Below are positions 1 to 5,412 of a stretch of DNA of 11,842 nt, in pieces. Every line of letters starts with the position of its first letter. The stretch's first letter is position 1. The DNA lies in assembly GCF_020969955.1 (NCBI RefSeq), contig NZ_JAHDSX010000058.1, positions 1-11,842 on the forward strand. The letters run 5' to 3'. The position numbers and the translations under genes are program-made. This DNA comes from Allobaculum fili. GTDB taxonomy: Bacteria > Bacillota_I > Bacilli_A > Erysipelotrichales > Erysipelotrichaceae. Under the pieces are notes generated by a model, which searched no databases, had not been told where the DNA came from, and saw only the letters and a program-made list of their open reading frames with translations.

Positions 1-37
1 AGGATGATTTTTTCAACAGGTAGAAAATCATCCTTTT
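1..37 (+). terminator. Hairpin at the window edge. It is a candidate intrinsic terminator or operator of an upstream unit.
   Basis: AGGATGATTTT (1-11) pairs perfectly with AAAATCATCCT (24-34) around a 12-nt loop, followed by TTT (35-37). The stem may extend beyond the window. The U-tract is short, so terminator function is uncertain. Confidence 0.4.
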
Positions 38-126
38 CGTCATGCCTGAGACGCAAAATATAAGAAATGACAACGCTCATGAACAGGGTATACGATTTTT
101 ATCCCTCCTTAACTTAATGACATTGG

Positions 127-1704
127 GTGGTCTACGACAATAAGCAGGCTTTCAGCCATCACGCAACGGATCCAGCAGGAAACGGGCATCTCCAGAACGC
201 ATACGACCTTGTAAGGCTGCACAAGTTCGGCGATGACAAAGAGTCCATCAAAAAAATGAACGAACTGGCGTCCAACGATCCGAGGGTCCGCAGAGAGATG
301 GATAAAAGCCTTTTCGAGGACTTTGGGGATATCGACCCGAGCGATGACGAATCGGACGAGTCCGAAACCATGACGGAAGAAGACATCGTTCAGGCCAATC
401 TTAGGTGGTCGGCCAATCTGGAAAGGGATGCGAAGACGCAGGCCATTCTGCCTACCGTCCGCAATCTCGAAATGATTTTGGCCAACGACACCCGAATCAA
501 AGACGGCATCGGCGGATATAACGAGTTTTCATGCAGGCACGAAAAGTTCGGATCGCTGCCGTGGAAAAAGTTTGACCCTAGAAATCCGGGATGGACAGAT
601 GCCGACGACGCTGGACTGCGAAGCTTCATAGAAAACAGCTACGGAATATGGCATCGGGCAAAACTTGAGGACGCCCTCAGCGTAGTTACTCAGCGCAGGC
701 GATTCCATCCAATCCGTGACTATCTCGATTCGCTTGAGTGGGATGGGGAGACCAGGATTGAAACCCTGCTTGTGGACTACATGGGCGCAGACGACAACGC
801 CTACGTCCGAGCCATCACACGGAAACACCTTGTAGCGGCGGTCGCCCGCATTTATCAGCCGGGCATCAAGTATGACTACGTGCTGGATCTGGTTGGAGAC
901 CAGGGCATCGGCAAGAGCCAGCTAATCGAACGGCTGGCCACAAAGCCGGAGTACTTCACCGACAGTATCCAGTTCGATCGCAAGAAGCTTGTCGAGAGCA
1001 CACAGGGCAAATGGCTCTGCGAGATCGGCGAAATGGCCGCAGCCAAAAAAGCCGATGAAGCGGACCTGAAGGCGGCTATCTCCGCCACGCAGGATACCGT
1101 CCGAATGGCCTACGCCAGAAACCCGCAGACCTTTTTGCGACAGTTCGTCCTGTGGGGATCGACTAACGAGGGAATCCACCTGAAAGACCAGACCGGAAAC
1201 AGACGCTTCTGGCCGGTGGACTGCCACCCTGAAAAACGCAAGCACAGCCCGTATGAACTGAAAAAAGAAGAGGTGGACCAGATATGGGCCGAAGCAAAAT
1301 CCTGCTGGGAAAAAGGCGAGAATCTGCACCTTTCCGAGGATCTCGAACAGATGGCCAAGGAAGCCCAGGAGGCGCACACCTTCGTATCAGAAGAAGAAGG
1401 TCTGATCACGGACTTTCTGGAGCGAAAAATCCCAAAGGGCTACTACGGGATGGACGAGAGCCATCGTCGGGACTGGTATCTCAACAACGACACCAACGAT
1501 ACAGAAGAACGAGGATTCGTCTGCGGAACAGAAGTATGGGTAGTCTGCCTGGGTCGTCGCAAAGAGGATTTCAACCGAGCGGAACAGATTCGCATAGGGA
1601 CGACGATCGCAAAGGCCGGATGGAAACGCGGCGAGAGGTCGCGGCAGGATGCGCTGTATGGGCGCCAGCGGTATTTCTGGCGGCAACCAAACGATCAAGT
1701 GTGA
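127..1704 (+). CDS. VirE-family (virulence-associated protein E / P4-type primase-helicase C-terminal) NTPase. It is probably the replicative helicase or origin-binding protein, and it appears to lack an N-terminal primase domain.
   Basis: The ORF is 525 aa. It has a Walker A motif LVGDQGIGKSQL, Walker B-like WLCEIGEM, and the GSTN...TGNRRFWPV block typical of the VirE/pfam05272 family. The only start is GTG127, immediately after in-frame TAA TGA (115-120), with no Shine-Dalgarno sequence. The stop is TGA at 1702-1704. Confidence 0.85.
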   Translation: MVYDNKQAFSHHATDPAGNGHLQNAYDLVRLHKFGDDKESIKKMNELASNDPRVRREMDKSLFEDFGDIDPSDDESDESETMTEEDIVQANLRWSANLERDAKTQAILPTVRNLEMILANDTRIKDGIGGYNEFSCRHEKFGSLPWKKFDPRNPGWTDADDAGLRSFIENSYGIWHRAKLEDALSVVTQRRRFHPIRDYLDSLEWDGETRIETLLVDYMGADDNAYVRAITRKHLVAAVARIYQPGIKYDYVLDLVGDQGIGKSQLIERLATKPEYFTDSIQFDRKKLVESTQGKWLCEIGEMAAAKKADEADLKAAISATQDTVRMAYARNPQTFLRQFVLWGSTNEGIHLKDQTGNRRFWPVDCHPEKRKHSPYELKKEEVDQIWAEAKSCWEKGENLHLSEDLEQMAKEAQEAHTFVSEEEGLITDFLERKIPKGYYGMDESHRRDWYLNNDTNDTEERGFVCGTEVWVVCLGRRKEDFNRAEQIRIGTTIAKAGWKRGERSRQDALYGRQRYFWRQPNDQV

Positions 1705-1715
1705 CCCCTCCAGTC

Positions 1716-2007
1716 TTGTCCCGGCTTTGTCCCGGCTTTGTCCCAGCTTTGTCCCGCTTAATTTTTCCTTTATCTACAGTCTATTCACAGTCTATGGGAC
1801 AAGTGGGACAAGGAAACAGACTAAAACTTTATTCAGACAGCTATAGAAAATATACAGGCCCTGATATAGGAGCTGAGACGTTTTTTGAAAATAGCGCATA
1901 GCCGTATAGGAAAAAACTTGTCCCACTGTCCCAGTTGTCCCAAAGCACCTAAAACGACGATATGTAAAGGGCTTTGCCCGGGACAAGGAGATGGGACAGG
2001 TTGTCCC
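1716..2007. repeat. Iteron array and putative origin of replication. There are 12 copies of TTGTCCC / GGGACAA in two clusters flanking an AT-rich core.
   Basis: Direct TTGTCCC copies start at 1716, 1727, 1738 and 1749, with exact 11-bp spacing. Inverted GGGACAA copies are at 1796-1802 and 1805-1811. The AT-rich spacer runs about 1812-1917. The second cluster has TTGTCCC at 1918-1924, TGTCCC at 1927-1932, TTGTCCC at 1935-1941, GGGACAA at 1980-1986, GGGACA at 1993-1998 and TTGTCCC at 2001-2007. In addition, ACAGTCTAT occurs twice (1776-1784 and 1787-1795), 11 bp apart. Confidence 0.75.
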
Positions 2008-2028
2008 GGCTTACAGGAGAAAAGAGAA

Positions 2029-2355
2029 ATGAACGAACTTGAAAGAGATGTTGAGCAGTATCTGGTTCGAAAAATCAAGGACGCCGGAGGGCTTTGCTGG
2101 AAATTCGTAAGTCCAGGCACTCGAGGCGTGCCGGATCGCTGGTGTGTTCTGGCCGGAAAGCAGTTCTTCGTAGAGCTCAAGAAGCCAAACGCCCGACGCA
2201 GATCAGACGAGAAGCTTCAGGCGCACAGAGCCGAGCAGATCAAAGAGCAAGGGCTTAAGGTCTACCGAATCGCATCCAAACCGGCTGTAGATCTGCTGCT
2301 TAAGTGGATCATCGCAGGACATCTGCCAAAGCCCGAGCGAATTGAAGTGCTATGA
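2029..2355 (+). CDS. VRR-NUC domain nuclease (PD-(D/E)xK fold)
   Basis: Translation begins MNELERDVEQYLVRKIKDAGG and contains GVPDRWCVLAGKQFFVELKKP, which is the GxPD...(E)xK motif of VRR-NUC. AGGAGA (2015-2020) lies 8 nt upstream of ATG2029. The longer track ORF from 1885 runs through the iterons and is not credible. The stop overlaps the next start (ATGA). Confidence 0.8.
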   Translation: MNELERDVEQYLVRKIKDAGGLCWKFVSPGTRGVPDRWCVLAGKQFFVELKKPNARRRSDEKLQAHRAEQIKEQGLKVYRIASKPAVDLLLKWIIAGHLPKPERIEVL

Positions 2356-3698
2356 CGGCCTTTAAGCCCCATCCCTACCAACAGCGGGGTGTCCGGTGGA
2401 TTCTTGACCATCCAAGCTGTGGGCTTTTTCTGCCGATGGGAGCCGGCAAGACCGCCACAACCCTGACAGCGGTTGAGTATCTGCTTCGCACAAGCTTTGA
2501 GTCATGGAAAGTTCTGGTGATCGGACCGAAGCGGGTCATTGAAACGACGTGGCCCGGCGAAATCCAGAAGTGGGACAACCTCGCCGGCCTGAGGATTTCC
2601 GTCATCGCAGGAACTCCAAAGAAACGAGAAGCGGCCGTCCATGCCGAAGCGGATATCTACCTGATCAGCAAGGAGAACGTTGTCTGGCTGGTGGATCTGA
2701 TCGGCAAAGACTGGCCGTGGGACACGGTTGTCATCGACGAATTATCGACATTTAAAAATCCCAAGTCCAAGCGTTTTCGGGCCTTGCGGAAGATGCTGCC
2801 GATGATCTCCAGACTGATCGGCCTGACCGGCACGCCATCACCCAAAGGCATCCCCGACCTGTGGAGTCAGATATACCTGATGGACAGGGGCGAACGGCTT
2901 GGCCGGACGCTTGGCGCCTTCCGAACGGCTTACCTCAAACCGGGGATGACCAGCGGACACGTTGTCTATAACTGGTCTGTCCAGCCTGGAGCCTCCGAGG
3001 TTATCCAGAAACGGATTTCCGATATCTGTATGTCGATCGATCAGGCCGAGTATGCGACCCTGCCAGACTGCCAGATGATTGATATCCCTGTAGATCTCGG
3101 ATCCGATCTGAAAAAATATCAGGCTTTCAAGAAAGAGCTGGTGCTGGATGTCGGAAGCGAAACCATTGCGGCGGACAGCGCCGGGGTGATGTGCGGCAAG
3201 CTGCTTCAATACACATCGGGAGCGATCTACGACGAGGACCACAATGTCCACGTCCTCCACAAGCACAAGCTTGAATCCCTCTTGGAGCTGATGGAGTCAG
3301 CCAACGGCCAGCCTGTGATGATCTTTTACTGGTACCAGCATGAGAAAGCCAGAATAGCGGAAGCGCTGAAGGGCTACAAAGGCATGGATGTCAAAGACAA
3401 GGGGGCCATCCAGAAATGGAATCGTGGTGATCTTGGTTATCTTCTGCTTCAGCCGTCATCAGCCGGCCACGGACTGAACCTTCAGAAAGGCGGACATATC
3501 GCCATCTGGTACAGCCTTCCAAACTGGAATCTTGAGCTGTATCAGCAGGCTAATGCCAGGATCTACAGGCAGGGACAGAAAGAAAAGGTCCTGATCTATC
3601 ACCTGATGGCAAAGGGGACAATCGATCAGGACATGCTGAAGGCTTTGAAATCGAAAGAGATAACGCAGAGGGATCTTCTGGATGCGCTGAGAATATGA
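2352..3698 (+). CDS. SNF2 / DEAD-like superfamily II helicase (phage replication/recombination helicase)
   Basis: The product is 448 aa. Motif I is LPMGAGKT, motif II is VVIDELSTF, motif III is LTGTPSP, and motif VI is QQANARIYRQGQ. The start is ATGA-coupled to the VRR-NUC gene. The VirE / VRR-NUC / SNF2 trio is a common phage replication module. Confidence 0.9.
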   Translation: MTAFKPHPYQQRGVRWILDHPSCGLFLPMGAGKTATTLTAVEYLLRTSFESWKVLVIGPKRVIETTWPGEIQKWDNLAGLRISVIAGTPKKREAAVHAEADIYLISKENVVWLVDLIGKDWPWDTVVIDELSTFKNPKSKRFRALRKMLPMISRLIGLTGTPSPKGIPDLWSQIYLMDRGERLGRTLGAFRTAYLKPGMTSGHVVYNWSVQPGASEVIQKRISDICMSIDQAEYATLPDCQMIDIPVDLGSDLKKYQAFKKELVLDVGSETIAADSAGVMCGKLLQYTSGAIYDEDHNVHVLHKHKLESLLELMESANGQPVMIFYWYQHEKARIAEALKGYKGMDVKDKGAIQKWNRGDLGYLLLQPSSAGHGLNLQKGGHIAIWYSLPNWNLELYQQANARIYRQGQKEKVLIYHLMAKGTIDQDMLKALKSKEITQRDLLDALRI

Positions 3699-3708
3699 GA
3701 GGAAAAAC

Positions 3709-3969
3709 ATGGCGACTCAACGAAGTTTTAATACCGAACCCCGACTGGAGATGTCATTCAAAGACAACTGCTGGGTGGCTTCATGCGCGGGCCACGAACT
3801 GAAACGATTTAAGAAGAAAGCGAACTGCTGTCTGTACCTTTTCGATTCCGCAAAAGATGATGTCAGTGAAATGGCGGCGGCACTCGGCATTCAGGCGAGG
3901 ACGCTAGTCCGACGATGGGATAAGGAGCTGAGAGAACGTGTCAAGGCGCAGGCGCAGGCGAAGATCTGA
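3709..3969 (+). CDS. Small hypothetical protein with a possible helix-turn-helix
   Basis: The product is 86 aa. GAGAGG lies 6 nt upstream of the ATG. The segment VSEMAAALGIQARTLVRRW resembles an HTH. No family was recognised. Confidence 0.55.
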   Translation: MATQRSFNTEPRLEMSFKDNCWVASCAGHELKRFKKKANCCLYLFDSAKDDVSEMAAALGIQARTLVRRWDKELRERVKAQAQAKI

Positions 3970-4183
3970 AGAGTTCTCACAGGGCTACCTTCTTGCTATG
4001 GCTCATGCCGTGATCCTGCTGCATAGATCCGGCTGGGGAAGCAAGAAGCGGCTTCCTGCTTTTGCGGATGAGATGCTGGACACACTCAACGACTGGCAGG
4101 ACGGCGGCCACGGCTATCGAGAGAGCATTAAAAAACTCGAAAGCCTGACAGGAATTCGAGTAGAGAAAGGGGCAGAAAGATGA
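3938..4183 (+). CDS. Small hypothetical protein with an ambiguous start
   Basis: GTG3938 is preceded by AAGGAG (3922-3927), but that start overlaps the previous gene by 32 nt and produces an MSRRRRRRRS N-terminus. The alternative start ATG3998 (MAHAVILLH...) has no SD. The stop overlaps the next start (ATGA at 4180-4183). Confidence 0.5.
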   Translation: MSRRRRRRRSEEFSQGYLLAMAHAVILLHRSGWGSKKRLPAFADEMLDTLNDWQDGGHGYRESIKKLESLTGIRVEKGAER

Positions 4184-4626
4184 GGGCATGTGAAGTGCGA
4201 GAGGTTAAGCGAAGGCTGGAGTCCTATCGAGATCTCCTGATCATGGCTAACGAAAAAGACAGGGAAGCGCTGATGCTTCAGGAGAAATACGAAAGCATGG
4301 CCACTCCTGGAGCAATCAGTTACAGTCACGAGCCAAGCGGATCCGGAAAGGCAAAGGAGTCTGTCTATCTTGAGATCTTCAGTGACCAGCTTGAGGCAGA
4401 GCGCAAAGCGGCGCAGTATCGCTTTGAGGCTGAGCAGATCAAGAAGTTCATTGATCAGATCGAGGATGAAGCAAAAGAGATCATGATCCGTGCATACATC
4501 AACGGCGAACGGTACTGGAAGATCGGAGAGAGCCTGAACTACTCGAAAGACGGCATCCGAAGCAAAATCGACCGCTGTCTTTCGCGAGTTCCGTCCTCTC
4601 TGGCAGAAGCAAGCGGTTTGATCTGA
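4180..4626 (+). CDS. Putative phage late-gene transcriptional regulator with a sigma-70 region-4-like HTH (ArpU / RinA / DUF1492 class)
   Basis: The product is 148 aa. The C-terminal IMIRAYINGERYWKIGESLNYSKDGIRSKIDRCL resembles a sigma region 4 HTH. Its position directly upstream of the packaging module is typical for RinA/ArpU-type activators. Confidence 0.6.
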   Translation: MRACEVREVKRRLESYRDLLIMANEKDREALMLQEKYESMATPGAISYSHEPSGSGKAKESVYLEIFSDQLEAERKAAQYRFEAEQIKKFIDQIEDEAKEIMIRAYINGERYWKIGESLNYSKDGIRSKIDRCLSRVPSSLAEASGLI

Positions 4627-4653
4627 CTTGCACGCAGGGGGCACGGTTTTACA

Positions 4654-4662
4654 TGCTAAAAT
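4654..4662 (+). promoter_or_regulatory. Candidate extended -10 promoter element (TGcTAAAAT) upstream of the tRNA genes
   Basis: TG (4654-4655), c, then TAAAAT (4657-4662) matches TGnTATAAT in 8 of 9 positions counting the N (7 of the 8 specified bases). There is no convincing -35 at 17-bp spacing. It lies about 43 nt upstream of tRNA-Ser. Confidence 0.3.
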
Positions 4663-4704
4663 GATAGTGTCGAAAGTCGTCCAGAAATGGGCGGCTTTTC
4701 TTTT

Positions 4705-4792
4705 GCCGGATTGGCTGAGTGGATTAAAGCAGCTGTCTTGAAAACAGAGGATCCGTAAGGGTCCGGGAGTTCGAATCTTCCATCCGGCGCCA
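4705..4792 (+). tRNA. tRNA-Ser (anticodon UGA), type II with a long variable arm and an encoded CCA
   Basis: A manual cloverleaf fits well. The acceptor is GCCGGAT/ATCCGGC (7 of 7 pairs). The D arm is GCT-GAGTGGATTAA-AGC. The anticodon arm is GCTGT-CTTGAAA-ACAGA, with U33, anticodon TGA and A37. The variable arm is GGATCCGTAAGGGTCC. The T arm is GGGAG-TTCGAAT-CTTCC. The discriminator is G, followed by CCA. The layout parallels E. coli tRNA-Ser(UGA). Confidence 0.9.
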
Positions 4793-4795
4793 TAT

Positions 4796-4863
4796 GGCGG
4801 CTAGTAGCTCAAGCGTAGAGCCCTCTGAGGGGAGATCCGGGTTCAAGTCCTGGCTTGCCGCCG
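4796..4863 (+). tRNA. Aberrant tRNA-like element or tRNA pseudogene. The acceptor, D and T arms are intact, the anticodon arm is collapsed, and no CCA is encoded.
   Basis: The acceptor is CGGCTAG/CTTGCCG (one T.T mismatch), extendable with GG/CC to 9 bp. TA is followed by a D arm GCTC-AAGCGTA-GAGC. The T arm is CCGGG-TTCAAGT-CCTGG. Only 15 nt (CCTCTGAGGGGAGAT, 4822-4836) occupy the space where about 23 nt are expected, so no 7-nt anticodon loop can be drawn. Confidence 0.45.
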
Positions 4864-4875
4864 TCTTCTGAAATG

Positions 4876-4970
4876 CGTATCCGAACCGTCCGATTTCTTT
4901 CTCTGATACCGCAGGCCCGAAGCGGCTGTGAACAATTTTTTCATGCAGTGACGGGATCGGGTACGTTTTT
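4876..4970 (+). promoter_or_regulatory. Structured leader upstream of terS. A long-range imperfect stem is followed by a T5 run, making it a candidate regulated terminator.
   Basis: CGTATCCGAACCGTC (4876-4890) pairs with GACGGGATCGGGTACG (4950-4965). The pairing is 9 bp including one G.U, then an A.A mismatch, 2 bp, a 1-nt bulge and 3 bp. It encloses 59 nt that contain an inner hairpin (4910-4930). TTTTT (4966-4970) follows immediately, and the terS RBS GGAGG is at 4980-4984. Confidence 0.35.
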
Positions 4971-4992
4971 GAGAAGAAAGGAGGTCTGAGAG

Positions 4993-5412
4993 ATGACTGA
5001 AAAACAGAAACAGTTCTGCGATGAATACTTAGCCAACGGTCTGAACGCCACTCAGGCCTACCTGGCTGTTTATAAGAACGTGAAGAGCGAAGATGCGGCT
5101 AGAACAAACGCGTCGAGACTGCTAACAAATGCTAACGTCCGTGAATACATCGACGTCGCCCTGGCAAAGATCCATGACGAGAAAACGATGGATGCCAAGG
5201 AGGTCATGGAGCGTCTGACGGCGATCGGGCGCGAAGAAACAACGGATCAGCTGCTGACGATGGATGGCGATGTTAAAGAGGTCAAATCCAAAACGCAGGA
5301 TCGGATCCGGGCGCTTGAACTGATCGGCAAAGCCTACGGCATGTTCAAGGACAAAGTCGAAATGGAAGTCGCTACGCCTGTCTTTGCAGGAGAAAGCGAT
5401 CTTGAAGACTGA
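4993..5412 (+). CDS. terS: Terminase small subunit (Terminase_2 / P27 family)
   Basis: The N-terminus MTEKQKQFCDEYLANGLNATQAYLAVYKNVKSEDAARTNASRLLTNANVREYI is the hallmark of the phage TerS pfam03592 family. A strong RBS AAAGGAGG lies 8 nt upstream. The gene sits directly upstream of terL. Confidence 0.92.
   Translation: MTEKQKQFCDEYLANGLNATQAYLAVYKNVKSEDAARTNASRLLTNANVREYIDVALAKIHDEKTMDAKEVMERLTAIGREETTDQLLTMDGDVKEVKSKTQDRIRALELIGKAYGMFKDKVEMEVATPVFAGESDLED

Noticed and set aside
1-80. A possible minus-strand ORF starting at ATG (80..78) and running off the left edge (MSVVISYILRLRHDEKDDFLPVEKII...), with TAAGGAGGG on the minus strand at about 98-106
   Set aside because: The SD-like sequence is over 20 nt from the ATG (about 21 from the GGAGG core). 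Only 26 codons are visible, and the ORF would contain the 11-bp-stem hairpin. It cannot be supported from this window.
1284-1901. A 205-aa + strand ORF in an alternative frame overlapping the 3' third of the VirE gene and the iterons
   Set aside because: The translation is Arg/Gly/Ser-rich and low in complexity. It overlaps a well-supported gene for more than 400 nt and then runs through non-coding repeats. It has no RBS.
1716-2007. CRISPR array as an interpretation of the short repeats
   Set aside because: The repeats are only 6-7 bp with 2-4-bp spacers. They occur in both orientations and surround an AT-rich core. This is incompatible with CRISPR repeat and spacer dimensions, and iterons or an origin fit better.
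1885-2028. An N-terminal extension of the VRR-NUC ORF (track start 1885)
   Set aside because: The extension is a translation of the TTGTCCC/GGGACAA iterons, giving repeated CP/GQG motifs. ATG2029 has a proper AGGAGA RBS and yields a protein of canonical VRR-NUC length.
115-4792. Stop-codon reassignment or a suppressor tRNA, prompted by the in-frame TAA TGA before the VirE ORF and the phage tRNAs
   Set aside because: The intact tRNA has anticodon UGA. It reads Ser UCA and is not a stop-codon suppressor. TGA, TAA and TAG are all used as terminators of well-delimited genes in this window, at lengths matching their families. Further stops and a hairpin lie upstream of 115.
4796-4863. A tRNA-Sec or allo-tRNA interpretation of the possible 9-bp acceptor stem
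   Set aside because: There is no UCA anticodon, no 7-nt anticodon loop at all, and no long variable arm. The T stem is 5 bp. The extra GG/CC pairs may be fortuitous flanking complementarity around a standard 7-bp acceptor.
4910-4941. The inner hairpin (4910-4930) plus TTTTTT (4936-4941) as an independent terminator
   Set aside because: The stem is short with a bulge and a G.U pair. The T-run is separated from it by 5 nt (AACAA), which is atypical for an intrinsic terminator. I treated it as part of the larger leader structure.
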